From: Snowella sp.
GTDB lineage: Bacteria; Cyanobacteriota; Cyanobacteriia; Cyanobacteriales; Microcystaceae
Direction of reading: 5' to 3'
Length of the DNA: 64,000 nucleotides
NCBI GenBank assembly: GCA_035285545.1
Contig: JAYKGY010000036.1
Span: 1 to 64,000, forward strand
A program made the translations under genes and the position numbers. Shown piece by piece: positions 40,929-51,595 of the stretch. Below the pieces are notes generated by a model. That model did no database searches and was not told where the DNA came from. It worked only from the letters and a program-made list of their open reading frames with translations. Numbering within the stretch: position 1 is the stretch's first letter; each line of letters opens with the position of its first letter.

Positions 40929-43544
40929 ATGCCTATGTTAACCGAATATCGCCAACATGCTGAAGAAAGAGCGCAGCTTGGCATCCCTCCCGTTCCCCTC
41001 AATGCCGCCCAAACTTCCGCTCTGTGTGAAATGTTGAAAGCTCCCCCTGAAGATTTAAAAGAGGAGTTACTGGGTTTATTGCGCGATCGCGTTCCGCCGG
41101 GTGTGGACGAAGCGGCCTACGTCAAAGCAGGATTTTTAACCGCTATTGCTAAAGGTGAAATCGAATGCCCCGTCATTTCCGCTCAAGGAGCCGTTAGCCT
41201 TTTAGGAACCATGATCGGCGGTTATAACGTTCAATCTCTTATTCAATTATTAAAATCGAAAGACACCAATATTGCCTCAGCAGCCGCAACAGCCTTAAGT
41301 AAAACCTTATTAGTATTTGATGCCTTTAATGAAGTTTTAGAATTATCCGAAACCAATCCCTACGCGAAACAAGTCGTGGATGCTTGGGCCAATGCTGCCT
41401 GGTTTATTGGCAAACCCAAACTTCCTGAAAGTATTACCGTTACGGTTTTCAAAGTTCCAGGCGAAACCAATACGGATGATTTGTCACCAGCAACCCATGC
41501 CACCACACGCCCTGATATCCCGCTCCACGCCCTGGCCATGTTGGAAAGTCGGATGCCAGGCGGTTTAGCAACCATTGCTGAACTCAAACAGAAAGGCCAT
41601 CCCGTTGCCTATGTGGGTGATGTGGTCGGAACTGGCTCTTCCCGTAAATCGGCCATTAACTCCGTCCTCTGGCATATTGGCGAAGATATTCCCTACGTTC
41701 CCAATAAGCGATCGGGTGGCTATATTTTAGGCGGTAAAATTGCCCCCATTTTCTTTAACACCGCAGAAGACTCAGGGGCTTTACCGATTGAGTGTGATGT
41801 CACCCATCTGGAAACAGGGGATGTAATCACCATCTATCCCTACAAAGGCGAAATTACCAACGAAGCAGGGGAAGTGATTTCTACTTTCACCCTCAAACCC
41901 GATACCATTTTGGATGAAGTTCGAGCAGGTGGACGAATTCCCTTACTCATTGGCCGTAGCTTAACCGATAAAACCCGTGAAGCTTTAGGGTTAACCTCTA
42001 GCACCCTCTTTGTTCGTCCCTCCCTCCCTGAAGATACAGGCAAAGGATTCACTTTAGCGCAAAAAATGGTCGGAAAAGCCTGTGGATTACCTGGGGTTCG
42101 TCCAGGTACAGCTTGTGACCCGATTATGACAACCGTAGGTTCCCAAGATACCACTGGCCCCATGACACGGGATGAGTTAAAGGAACTGGCTTGTTTAGGA
42201 TTCAGTGCCGACCTGACGATGCAAAGCTTCTGTCACACAGCGGCCTATCCCAAACCCGTTGATATCAAAACCCATAAAGAATTACCCGATTTCTTCTCGA
42301 CTCGCGGGGGTGTGGCACTCCGTCCAGGCGATGGCATTATCCATTCTTGGTTAAATCGGATGTTATTACCTGATACCGTTGGCACAGGGGGCGATTCCCA
42401 TACTCGTTTCCCGTTGGGGATTTCTTTCCCCGCAGGTTCGGGTTTAGTGGCTTTCGCGGCGGCGTTAGGGGTGATGCCCTTGGATATGCCTGAATCGGTA
42501 TTAGTGAAATTTACGGGAGAACTCCAGCCTGGCGTTACTCTGCGCGATATCGTTAATGCCATTCCTTGGGTCGCGATGCAACAAGGTAAGCTCACCATTG
42601 GCAAAGAAAACAAAATCAATGTGTTCAATGGTCGCATTATGGAAATGGAAGGGCTACCTGACCTCAAAGTTGAACAAGCCTTTGAATTAACCGATGCAAC
42701 AGCAGAACGTTCCTGTGCAGGATCAACCATTAAATTAAGCGAAGAAACAGTTGCGGAATACCTACGATCCAATGTGGCACTATTGAAAAATATGGCGGCA
42801 CGGGGCTATCAGGATGCTCGTACTATTCTGCGTCGAGTGGCCAAGATGGAACAGTGGTTAGCGAATCCCCAATTGATGTCTGCGGATGCCGATGCGGAAT
42901 ATGCCGATGTGATTGAGGTGAACTTAAACGAAATTAAAGAACCGATTGTGGCTGCGCCCAATGACCCCGATAACATCAAATTAATGTCGGAATGTGCAGG
43001 GGATAAAATCGATGAAGTCTTTATCGGCTCCTGTATGACCAATATCGGCCATTATCGCGCGGCTGCCAAAATTTTAGAAGGGGCAGGAACGGTAAAAGTC
43101 CGTCTTTGGATCTGTCCTCCCACCCGTATGGATGAACAGCAACTCCGTGAAGAAGGGATTTACAACATTTTTGAAGCGGCTCAAGCTCGCACCGAAATGC
43201 CTGGCTGTTCGCTTTGTATGGGGAACCAAGCACGGGTAGAAGATAATGCAACGGTCTTTTCGACTTCGACTCGTAACTTCAATAACCGCATGGGTAAAGG
43301 GGCGCGAGTCTATCTCGGATCGGCAGAATTGGCGGCAGTTTGTGCCTTGTTAGGATACATTCCTACAGTGGAAGAATATCTCGCGATCGTTCAAGAGAAA
43401 CTCGATCCCTTTGCGGCGGATCTCTATCGTTACTTGAACTTTGACCAAATCGCAGGTTTTGAGGATCAAGGCCGAGTAATTGCGGTGGAAGATTTACCGA
43501 AAATCGAAGATATTTTAGGGATTCCCGCAGGAGCTTTAAGTTAG
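40929..43544 (+). CDS. acnB: Aconitate hydratase B
   Basis: [44 protein letters not shown]. Confidence 0.97.
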   Translation: MPMLTEYRQHAEERAQLGIPPVPLNAAQTSALCEMLKAPPEDLKEELLGLLRDRVPPGVDEAAYVKAGFLTAIAKGEIECPVISAQGAVSLLGTMIGGYNVQSLIQLLKSKDTNIASAAATALSKTLLVFDAFNEVLELSETNPYAKQVVDAWANAAWFIGKPKLPESITVTVFKVPGETNTDDLSPATHATTRPDIPLHALAMLESRMPGGLATIAELKQKGHPVAYVGDVVGTGSSRKSAINSVLWHIGEDIPYVPNKRSGGYILGGKIAPIFFNTAEDSGALPIECDVTHLETGDVITIYPYKGEITNEAGEVISTFTLKPDTILDEVRAGGRIPLLIGRSLTDKTREALGLTSSTLFVRPSLPEDTGKGFTLAQKMVGKACGLPGVRPGTACDPIMTTVGSQDTTGPMTRDELKELACLGFSADLTMQSFCHTAAYPKPVDIKTHKELPDFFSTRGGVALRPGDGIIHSWLNRMLLPDTVGTGGDSHTRFPLGISFPAGSGLVAFAAALGVMPLDMPESVLVKFTGELQPGVTLRDIVNAIPWVAMQQGKLTIGKENKINVFNGRIMEMEGLPDLKVEQAFELTDATAERSCAGSTIKLSEETVAEYLRSNVALLKNMAARGYQDARTILRRVAKMEQWLANPQLMSADADAEYADVIEVNLNEIKEPIVAAPNDPDNIKLMSECAGDKIDEVFIGSCMTNIGHYRAAAKILEGAGTVKVRLWICPPTRMDEQQLREEGIYNIFEAAQARTEMPGCSLCMGNQARVEDNATVFSTSTRNFNNRMGKGARVYLGSAELAAVCALLGYIPTVEEYLAIVQEKLDPFAADLYRYLNFDQIAGFEDQGRVIAVEDLPKIEDILGIPAGALS

Positions 43545-43553
43545 AATGGGTTT

Positions 43554-43578
43554 AAGGTGGGTCTTGATGACTCACCTT
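43554..43578 (+). terminator. Stem-loop after acnB
   Basis: AAGGTGGGTC-TTGAT-GACTCACCTT hairpin; weak U-tract. Confidence 0.5.
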
Positions 43579-43597
43579 TATAAAAACAAGGAGGATA

Positions 43598-43797
43598 ATG
43601 CCTGCAAAGGATACTTAATTTACCGTACCCTTTTAAAAAGAGTTTTACCCCAGTCCCAAGTTTATTTAGCGATTAGTAGAGAAGTTTATAAGTCATTTTT
43701 CCGACAAAAAGCTATTCAAACAATACTTAAAGAAAATCAAATTTACTTAATTATTGTTAGCTTACAAAATGAGGAGATTATTCAATGGATAAACTAG
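43598..43797 (+). pseudogene. xisH: xisH remnant with internal deletion and frameshift
   Basis: AAGGAGG RBS then ATG 43598 gives MPAKDT-stop, the typical XisH N-terminus. A different frame carries only the XisH C-terminal part (YLIYR...YLAIS...EEIIQWIN). Confidence 0.8.
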
Positions 43798-44129
43798 GTC
43801 ATTATCGGTATTTAATTAGAAAAATCCTGACAGAATATGAGGCTTTGGCTTCACAAACACCTAATCCCCAAGGGGTAGATAGTGTGTTGGCGTTTGATGG
43901 GCAGCGTGATCAATATATATGGTTCCAAGTGGGATGGGCAGAAGAGGAAAGAGTCAACGGTATTTCTGTATATGTTCGCATTAAAAATGAAAAAATTTAT
44001 ATTGAGGAAGATTGGACAGAAGAAGGAATAGCAACCGAATTACTCAGGAAAGGTGTACCAAAGGAGGATATTGTTTTGGCGTTTTATGCTCCTGAAGTTC
44101 GTAAGTTAACTGAATTTGCTGTTGCTTAA
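43785..44129 (+). CDS. xisI: XisI protein
   Basis: MDKLGHYR, KIYIEEDWTEEGIATELL..GVPKEDIVLAF. Confidence 0.92.
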   Translation: MDKLGHYRYLIRKILTEYEALASQTPNPQGVDSVLAFDGQRDQYIWFQVGWAEEERVNGISVYVRIKNEKIYIEEDWTEEGIATELLRKGVPKEDIVLAFYAPEVRKLTEFAVA

Positions 44130-44266
44130 ATCAATATTAATCTAGGCAACAATTTCTCACATATTCTTTTAAAACTCTTTTGAATTGAAACCCATCGTTC
44201 TACCGATCGCGCCCTAAATTCCTAACCTTTTATTTAATTTTTATCGTTAAAAAACTGTAAAAACAA

Positions 44267-44908
44267 ATGTTAGAAACTCGCCAAGCTCTTAAGGAAAAAC
44301 TGTTTGCAAAAATCGACCCCCTACAAAAGCGAAAACAAGGGGCACCGTTGACTAATGCCAAATTGGATGCAAATCTAGTTCAAGAGATTGAACAACTCAC
44401 GGAATCCTTAGAAGCGGTTAATCCGAATCTGTATCCCCTACTTCATAGACCGCAATTGTTAGATGGGGCTTGGCAACTGAATTATTCCACCGCCAGAGAG
44501 ATTCGCAGTCTGGATAAGTTACCCTATGGTTTTAAAGTGGGAAAGGTTTATCAAGTGATTGATGTGACGAGTCAATCGTTTTTAAATTTAGCCTTTGTAA
44601 AACATGCGCTGAATTTAGCGTCGGGTTACGTGAAAGTAACGGCTAATTTTGAGTTGGCCAAAATGAATGGTTCTGCTTTGCCCGATAAACGAGTCAATGT
44701 TCAATTTCGCGATCGCATCTTTGCCATTCAAAAAATCACAGGGATAAACACCCCTAAACTTGATCCCTTGAAAGTGGTTGCTGCCCGTGGCCCGGTCGGT
44801 CGCATTCCCAGTTTAGATATTACCTATATTGATGAAACAATGCGGATTGGTCGGGGAGGAGATGGCAGTTTATTTATTTTGTCTAAAGCTTCTACACCTG
44901 TTCCCTAA
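44267..44908 (+). CDS. PAP/fibrillin family protein
   Basis: LEAVNP, LLDGAWQLNYST, LDITYIDETMRIGRGGDGSLFIL. Confidence 0.85.
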   Translation: MLETRQALKEKLFAKIDPLQKRKQGAPLTNAKLDANLVQEIEQLTESLEAVNPNLYPLLHRPQLLDGAWQLNYSTAREIRSLDKLPYGFKVGKVYQVIDVTSQSFLNLAFVKHALNLASGYVKVTANFELAKMNGSALPDKRVNVQFRDRIFAIQKITGINTPKLDPLKVVAARGPVGRIPSLDITYIDETMRIGRGGDGSLFILSKASTPVP

Positions 44909-46261
44909 TTGCTCTGCTGGTTAATGGCTATGTCAAGTGAATTCAACTTTTTTCAACAATGGTATCCGGTTTCCCCTATCCAAGATCTCAAACGCGATCG
45001 CCCTACTCCCGTTACTTTACTGGGACAGCGATTAGTGATTTGGCAACCGAGGGATTCTGAGCAGTTTTCCGTATTAAGTGATCAATGCCCCCATCGATTA
45101 GCTCCGTTGAGTGAGGGGCGAGTGGATGAGGAAACGGGGCTGTTAATGTGCAGCTATCACGGTTGGCAATTTGATGACCAAGGGGTTTGTACTTACATTC
45201 CCCAGTTGGACAAAGAGCAATTAGACAAAAAAGTTCAAGAAAAGTATTGTGTGGTTTCCTATCCCACCCGCGAGGAACAGGATTTACTGTGGGTTTGGGC
45301 TGATCCGAATTCTGCCGATTTAGCTGCAACGACTCCGTTACCCCTCTCTGCTCAAATGGATGCCAGTAAGGGCTTTGTGTGGGATTCCTTGGTCAGAGAT
45401 TTAGCCTACGATTGGCAGACCTTAATTGAAAATATTGCCGATCCGAGTCATGTTCCGTTTACCCATCACGGTGTTCAAGGCGATCGCAAACAGGGACGAC
45501 CGATCCCAATGGAAATTCTCGAATCGACAATGAATTTAATTGAAGTCAAATTAGACCGATCGCGGAGAACGACGATTACTTTTGAGCCGCCTTGTCGTTT
45601 GGAATATACCATTCACCTTGGAGATACGGACAAACAATTGGGTTTGGTGACGTACTGTATTCCGACTGAACCAGGCAAATCTCGGATTGTTGCCCATTTT
45701 GCCCGCAATTTTGCCCAGAAAGTTCACACCTTTACGCCCCGTTGGTGGAGCCATATCAAGATCCGCAACCCTGTTTTAGACGGGGATATGATCGTACTTC
45801 AGCATCAAGAAGCCTATCTGCAACAACGGCAGGAACCCCAGGCTTGGAAAAATGCCTATTTATTACCCGCTAGCAGCGATCGCTTCGTCATTGAATTTCG
45901 CAAATGGTTTGATAAATACTGTCAGGGTCAATTGCCCTGGTCAGAAGTGGGTATCACCGCCCCGATTTCCCAGATTAACGAAGACCGTAAAGCCCTACTA
46001 GACCGCTATCACCAACACACTCAACATTGCGCCAGTTGTCGTGAAGCCCTAACCACAATTCAAAACCTTCAAATAGGTTTATTAATTTTCTTTATTCTCG
46101 ATCTGCTTACCCTAGCTGCGTCTTCAGATGCTTTCCGAAATCATTGGGGCATTCCCTTAGCCATTTTAGCCCTCCTGAGTCTGGGCCTCTATGGTGGCTT
46201 AAAAGGGTGGCTCGAACCGCAATTTTATTTTGTGGATTATGTCCATGCCGATAAAAAATAA
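44909..46261 (+). CDS. Rieske oxygenase, pheophorbide a oxygenase (PaO/Tic55) family
   Basis: CPHRLAPLSEG...CSYHGW; ENIADPSHVPFTH; HTQHCASC; C-terminal TM segments. True start probably ATG 44924 or 44930. Confidence 0.88.
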   Translation: MLCWLMAMSSEFNFFQQWYPVSPIQDLKRDRPTPVTLLGQRLVIWQPRDSEQFSVLSDQCPHRLAPLSEGRVDEETGLLMCSYHGWQFDDQGVCTYIPQLDKEQLDKKVQEKYCVVSYPTREEQDLLWVWADPNSADLAATTPLPLSAQMDASKGFVWDSLVRDLAYDWQTLIENIADPSHVPFTHHGVQGDRKQGRPIPMEILESTMNLIEVKLDRSRRTTITFEPPCRLEYTIHLGDTDKQLGLVTYCIPTEPGKSRIVAHFARNFAQKVHTFTPRWWSHIKIRNPVLDGDMIVLQHQEAYLQQRQEPQAWKNAYLLPASSDRFVIEFRKWFDKYCQGQLPWSEVGITAPISQINEDRKALLDRYHQHTQHCASCREALTTIQNLQIGLLIFFILDLLTLAASSDAFRNHWGIPLAILALLSLGLYGGLKGWLEPQFYFVDYVHADKK

Positions 46262-46269
46262 TGAGAGCC

Positions 46270-47229
46270 TTAAGGATGCACACTTCCGTCGGGCATAATG
46301 GTTTGAGTGAGATTAATATCGCTAATATTGCTCTCTAAAAAATTAGCATTGCGTAAATCTGCCCCTCGTAAAGACGCATCCATCAGGTTTGCAATTTGTA
46401 AATTCACACTCACCAATAAGGCCCGATGCAGTAGGGCATATTCTAAATTGGCATTTTTAAGCAGTGCCCCTTGGAGCTTGGTTCCTTTTAAACTCGCACC
46501 ACTTAAATCGATTAGCCCAGCTTCCGAAGAAGAACGTCCTCCGTCCCAAAATTCTCCCGCGCTGACTTTGTTATCTCGCAAAATGGCTCTGCCTAAATTG
46601 ACTCCCTTTAAATTGGCTCGACTAAAATTAGACCGTTGCAAAAACGCTCCCCGTAAGTTGGCATTACGAAGTTGGCTTTGGCTTAAATTCGCTTTATACA
46701 GACTGCAATGTTCTAGATTGGCTCCCCGCAGATCGGCTCCGGTTAGGTCGGCTCGGCTCAGATTCGCACCGGCTAGATTTACCCCAGTGAGATCAGCCCC
46801 ACTTAAGTCGGCTCGGCTCAAATCCGCTCCCGTTAAGTCCGTTTTGAGCAAGGTGGCGTTACACAGGGTTGCACCCTTTAAATTCGCATTATGGAGACGG
46901 GTCTGCTTTAGATTCGTTTGACTCAGGTTGGTATTGACGAGAATGGCGGAGGAGAAATCCACCCAACTCAGATCGGCTCCAGTGAGATCGGCTCCGGTCA
47001 GATCCGCTCCGACAAGGCGGGCACTAATCAGTCGAGCATGGCTCAAGTCGGCACGATGAAGATTGGCATAACTTAAATTGGTTCCGCTTAAGTTGGCCCA
47101 GTCTAAACTTGACCGGCTCAGGTTGATTTCCATCAATTCGACTTGAATGATATCGGCATTCTGTAGATCTAATCGACTGAAATCTCTAGTTCCTTGACCG
47201 TATTGCCAGACCAGTTGCTCAATATCCAT
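46270..47229 (-). CDS. Pentapeptide repeat protein
   Basis: A(D/N)Lxx repeats; YGQGTRDF N-cap; TIMPDG C-cap. Confidence 0.92.
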   Translation of the reverse strand: MDIEQLVWQYGQGTRDFSRLDLQNADIIQVELMEINLSRSSLDWANLSGTNLSYANLHRADLSHARLISARLVGADLTGADLTGADLSWVDFSSAILVNTNLSQTNLKQTRLHNANLKGATLCNATLLKTDLTGADLSRADLSGADLTGVNLAGANLSRADLTGADLRGANLEHCSLYKANLSQSQLRNANLRGAFLQRSNFSRANLKGVNLGRAILRDNKVSAGEFWDGGRSSSEAGLIDLSGASLKGTKLQGALLKNANLEYALLHRALLVSVNLQIANLMDASLRGADLRNANFLESNISDINLTQTIMPDGSVHP

Positions 47230-47271
47230 AGGTTCCCGTTGAGGTTGGGGCGGCTCGAAAATTCAGGGACT

Positions 47272-47880
47272 TTAATTAACCGCGATCGCTGAATTCCAGT
47301 ATAAGTAAGGTAAACGCTGAGCAGTGTGATGGATATCATCTAAATGTTGAATTAATTGGCCACAGCTATCCCAAGTCCCTGAAATAACCATCTGTCTGGC
47401 TCCTTCATTCATGGTAATCGGGATTTCACGAACCGAGGAGTTTACGGTCATGGTTTCTAGATCCACCGCAAGGGGTGTTTGAGGATCGGTTTCTAACAGA
47501 TTTTGGATCTGTTTAATCCCTTCTGCGTCAGCCGTTAAGCACGGAACCCCATTGGCAATACAGTTACCAAAGAAAATTTCCGCAAAGCTTTCTCCAACAA
47601 TGGCTTGAATGCCCCATTTAATAATGGCTTGGGGCGCATGTTCACGGCTCGAACCACAGCCAAAATTTCCATTTACAACGAGGATTGTCGCACCTTGATA
47701 TTGGGGTAAATCGAAGGGGTGTTTCCCTTGGAGTTCTTTTCGGTCATCAGCAAAGACTTTTTCCCCTAACCCTTCAAAGGTAATGGATCGTAAAAAGCGG
47801 GCAGGAATGATGCGATCGGTATCAATATCGTTACCTGTCAAGGGAATCCCTCGACCGATGATCTGTTTGACTTGGCTCAT
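47272..47880 (-). CDS. leuD: 3-isopropylmalate dehydratase small subunit
   Basis: NDIDTDRIIPARFL, NFGCGSSREHAP. ATG 47880 preferred over the 47964 start in the ORF track. Confidence 0.95.
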   Translation of the reverse strand: MSQVKQIIGRGIPLTGNDIDTDRIIPARFLRSITFEGLGEKVFADDRKELQGKHPFDLPQYQGATILVVNGNFGCGSSREHAPQAIIKWGIQAIVGESFAEIFFGNCIANGVPCLTADAEGIKQIQNLLETDPQTPLAVDLETMTVNSSVREIPITMNEGARQMVISGTWDSCGQLIQHLDDIHHTAQRLPYLYWNSAIAVN

Positions 47881-48308
47881 GGGTTTCTCTCCAAAGCGAT
47901 TGAGAGCAGTTATTTGCATCCTATGGTTCACTATTAGTGAGCATACTATAAATGCGGTGGGCAAACCCTTTGAAGATCAAGTAACTAGGAGGGTTAATGA
48001 TCGGGTCAGATCCGCTTTTTTTAAGATAGTTACTAGGATTCTAATTGGAAAAATTAATTTAAGAAGGATCAAAAAATTCTAGGATTGAGGTGATTTTGTC
48101 AGTTAATATCAACTCAAAAAACTATATTTTAACGCGATCGCCAATTTATTGAATAAAATATTTTTATCAATAAAGGATCAAAATCGAGTTAACCTAAAAT
48201 TAAAGCAACTTTAATGTAACCTTAAGAGTAAAAATTCGTCCAGAACCTATAATTTTGATAGTCGCCCAACAACAATAAAATCTTAACCCCATCAAGCTGG
48301 ATTAATCT

Positions 48309-49460
48309 ATGTTAGAAAGCTTGTCAACGCTTGAAAAAATCAATGGGATAGAAGATCTTCCCTTGGACAATTATCGAGTATCTTCGGATACCTTAACAGA
48401 AGTTGCTAAAGATCATTTATTAGAAAACTCAAATCTACCTGGCGTAATTATTACAGAAGGCGATCAAGTGATTGGCTCAATTAGTAGAAGAGCCTTATTT
48501 GAAAAGTTAAGCAAGGAATTTAGTTTGGCACTTTACGCAACTAAACCGATCCAAGTTATTTTAAAAAGCTTCAAAGGAGACATTTTAAAAGTTCCAGCCC
48601 ATACTTCCATTAATGATGCCGTTAAATTATGTTTATGCCGTCCATTAAAATTAATTTATGATCCTTTAATTGTGGTTAAAGAGGGTCAGACGGTGGGAAT
48701 GTTGGATTTTAGTAAGCTAATTCTGGCCCAATCAGAAATGTTCTCAACCTTCAATCAACAGTTAATGCAGCAGGAAGAAGAAATCCGCAATTATGCCATA
48801 CAAGTTGAAGAACAGGGAAAAAATGTTCAACAATATGCAGTACAGCTTGAAATACAGCAAGAGGAATTAAAACAACGAAACACCTTACTAGAAGAGCAAG
48901 AACTGTTGCTCAGAACTCAAGCAAACGAATTATCCAGCAAAGTTTTAGAATTATCCCAAAAAACAGAAGAGGTTTCGAGTTTAAATCAACGCTTTGAAGA
49001 GGTAGGGACGTTATTGGCTCAGGAAGGAGAAAGAACCTTGTCCGAGCTTAAAAAAGGGGTAGAAACGGTAATTGAATTAACTCAAAAGATTAACTTTATG
49101 AGTGAAGATTTCCAAGAAAAATTAACGATTATCAACCGAGGAAATGAGCTAATCAATAAAATCAGTAAGCGAGTGGAAAATTTATCGTTGCAAGCGTCGA
49201 TGACAGGGGCCCATTTTCCTGCTGATAGTGCGTATAAAGTTCCTTTTAATATGATTATTGATGAAATCGAAAAATTAAGTATTCAAATTTTAGAAGCGAA
49301 TACGACTAGCGATAAAATTTCTAAACAAATTTATTCACAAATTCATGTTTTGGTTAAAACGGCTCAAGAAAGCCAAGAAGTAGTGAAAGCCCTCTCTAAA
49401 AATTCTCAGACGACGGAGACGGCTCTCGTCAGCTTATCGGATTTACTCAAACGCATTTAA
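48309..49460 (+). CDS. CBS-like domain plus coiled coil with degenerate MCP-like hairpin
   Basis: LPGVIITEGDQVIGSISRR and IYDPLIVV; long Q/E/L heptad region; no TM segment. Confidence 0.6.
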   Translation: MLESLSTLEKINGIEDLPLDNYRVSSDTLTEVAKDHLLENSNLPGVIITEGDQVIGSISRRALFEKLSKEFSLALYATKPIQVILKSFKGDILKVPAHTSINDAVKLCLCRPLKLIYDPLIVVKEGQTVGMLDFSKLILAQSEMFSTFNQQLMQQEEEIRNYAIQVEEQGKNVQQYAVQLEIQQEELKQRNTLLEEQELLLRTQANELSSKVLELSQKTEEVSSLNQRFEEVGTLLAQEGERTLSELKKGVETVIELTQKINFMSEDFQEKLTIINRGNELINKISKRVENLSLQASMTGAHFPADSAYKVPFNMIIDEIEKLSIQILEANTTSDKISKQIYSQIHVLVKTAQESQEVVKALSKNSQTTETALVSLSDLLKRI

Positions 49461-49679
49461 TTAACGGAAGAATTTTAAGGCAATCATATAAGATTTGAGC
49501 CAAAATTTAGCTCGATAATTTCTGATTAGAACGAAATTGTCGGTGAAGATATAGCCAGCGTAACGGGCGTGAGTAAGGGATGGTCAAAAAACGATCAAAA
49601 CGACATCAATCATCAATTGACTGAAGTTTCCTGTCAGGTAAGTATCCACCGCTATTTGCACTGAAATTCCCCAATACGA

Positions 49680-50516
49680 CTAAAAATCGCCATCGGCAAC
49701 CTGTAAGCAAGTTAATCCCAATTGTCGCCACATTTGTACCACTTGATTGCGGTCATCTAAGACAAATTCGATATTATAAAAGCCGCGAATTTCTCGATCA
49801 AAGATTTCTTGTTTGATTAATGCATCTTTGCGAAAATCGCCTGTTGCTCGCATGATTAATTTTTCATAGTGAATATCATGTTTTTGTAAAAATCTAAGCG
49901 TCGGTTCCCGATGTTTTTCTTCTCGACCCGATACTAATAACACTCGTTTATCCTTAATTAAAGAAGCCACAACCGGATTCAACAGATCGAGATCGCAGCG
50001 TGACGCATCGTAGGGACTACGACCATTGAGTAGGGCTAGGGTTCCATCGAGATCGCAAATAATGGCATTGGGTAAATTGGGATCAAACGCGATCGCGTCA
50101 GGTTTCGGAGCGAGGAATTGATTGTACATATCCCGAATCACCTTTTCCCCGACGGAGTTTAATCGATTTAAATCTCGCTTAATGCAGGTATTAATATCCA
50201 CATCGGTAAAATCTTGAATAATTACTTCTGCAATCCCTTTGGTTAACTCCCGAATTGTTTTTTCGTGTTTAGGATGTAAATTGGTATCATCAATAATGAC
50301 GTGTTTGCCTTCCTCTAACGCCATTAACATGATTTGATTACGCACTTTCAAGACAAAATTTTCCGCATCTTTGGAATGTTTGGAATTATCCAACATCGCC
50401 CGCAAATCATCTTTATTAATGCGTTTATATTGATTAGGATTTTTGTCAATTAATGCTTTTGCCCAGGTCGATTTTCCGCTCCCTGGTAAGCCCTTGGTCA
50501 TGATTACTTTTTTCAT
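49680..50516 (-). CDS. T4 PseT-like polynucleotide 5'-kinase / 3'-phosphatase
   Basis: Kinase: GLPGSGKST, RINKDDLR, DTNL. HAD phosphatase: DLDGTLA, SGRE, RKDALIK, DDRNQVVQMWR...QVADGDF. Confidence 0.9.
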   Translation of the reverse strand: MKKVIMTKGLPGSGKSTWAKALIDKNPNQYKRINKDDLRAMLDNSKHSKDAENFVLKVRNQIMLMALEEGKHVIIDDTNLHPKHEKTIRELTKGIAEVIIQDFTDVDINTCIKRDLNRLNSVGEKVIRDMYNQFLAPKPDAIAFDPNLPNAIICDLDGTLALLNGRSPYDASRCDLDLLNPVVASLIKDKRVLLVSGREEKHREPTLRFLQKHDIHYEKLIMRATGDFRKDALIKQEIFDREIRGFYNIEFVLDDRNQVVQMWRQLGLTCLQVADGDF

Positions 50517-51526
50517 ATTTCGACTTTAAAAGGTTTGCTGTGTTGGGGTTTAATCATTTTCCAAATTAAATCGGACGGATCTTTCCCATCTAATAAACGG
50601 AACATGATGTGGGGATATTTTTGGGTGAAGAAATAACTAGCTGCTTCTTTACGAGAATCAAAGGTTTTAAAATTCGATTTTGCTTCTAATAAAATTTCAT
50701 CAAATTGAGCCAATAAATCCGCTTGGGTTTGTTTGACCCATTCATAAAATTCATCAGGAACTTTTTCCAATAATTCTTCCAAGGGGTTTCCGGTTGCCAA
50801 ATTTTCCCAAACCACGGTACTCGATGTTTGGGTAATAATGCGATGTAGGCGGACGTATTCGGCAAATTTAACTTTAACCCGAAATCCACTTTTAAAACGA
50901 ATCACAAATCCTTCTTGATTTTCGGCTTCAACGGCTCGTAATTCGGCTAAATCATTAATGCCATCAAATTGTTTCACTATCGGAAATCCAATTTCAGGAA
51001 GCAGTAAATCTTTTCCTGTTTGGGTATCAATCACGGCTAGTAAAATTAAATCATCCAACTCCCCGTAGTTAACCACAATACGATTTTCAGGATAAATAAT
51101 TTCAAATAAATAGGTGTGTTCCCGATTTAAGTAGGGAAACGTATGGGCATAGCGTTCTCGTAATATTTTCGTGGCGTGTAAGGCTTGTTCACTGGCAAAA
51201 CTTCCCCTAGTCGCGATCGCGGGTTGATCATCAATCCAATAGAGAATCCCTAAAGACCCATCTTCTTTGTGAAACACATCAAAGGGTTCCGAGGGAATTT
51301 CATCGGGGCTATGCTCTTCTAAATTAAAAAACTTTTGAAAGGGACGGGCGATAATATTTTGATGCTGATCTAAAATTAAACCCCGCGTCATTAAGGTAAT
51401 TTCATTCCACAGTTTTTGATACTGGACAACGGGAGAATAATTGTAAATAAACAGATCGGTATCAGGATGCTTTTGCACCATAACCAATTTCTGCGCCAAC
51501 ATCGACTGTAATAATTCTTTGTCCAT
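50513..51526 (-). CDS. T4 Rnl1 (RnlA)-family RNA ligase
   Basis: Motif I KEDGSL, III FEIIYPENRIV, IV EGFVI, V KVKFAEYVRLH; RGLIL..ARPFQKFFN; ATGA overlap with the kinase gene. Confidence 0.9.
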   Translation of the reverse strand: MDKELLQSMLAQKLVMVQKHPDTDLFIYNYSPVVQYQKLWNEITLMTRGLILDQHQNIIARPFQKFFNLEEHSPDEIPSEPFDVFHKEDGSLGILYWIDDQPAIATRGSFASEQALHATKILRERYAHTFPYLNREHTYLFEIIYPENRIVVNYGELDDLILLAVIDTQTGKDLLLPEIGFPIVKQFDGINDLAELRAVEAENQEGFVIRFKSGFRVKVKFAEYVRLHRIITQTSSTVVWENLATGNPLEELLEKVPDEFYEWVKQTQADLLAQFDEILLEAKSNFKTFDSRKEAASYFFTQKYPHIMFRLLDGKDPSDLIWKMIKPQHSKPFKVEI

Positions 51527-51595
51527 GCGTTTTTTCTACAAATAAGCGTAAAAATTCTTTTTATAAGTTTTTAATACTTGATGTTTTTTCAATAA

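Noticed and set aside
41360..43251. Several antisense ORFs within acnB, and similar shadow ORFs in the RND, kinase, guaB and uvrB genes
   Set aside because: Shadow frames of well-supported genes.
43546..43597. Start of an intact 83-aa xisH
   Set aside because: Lies in the hairpin after acnB; the real RBS and start are at 43588-43600 in another frame.
46270..47229. 15-bp periodic DNA repeats as a CRISPR array or tandem element; antisense 204-aa ORF 46307-46921
   Set aside because: Fully explained by pentapeptide-repeat coding on the minus strand; no spacers.
49549..49656. ATAGC...GCTAT-bounded segment as a MITE
   Set aside because: Inverted repeat too short and no second copy in the window.
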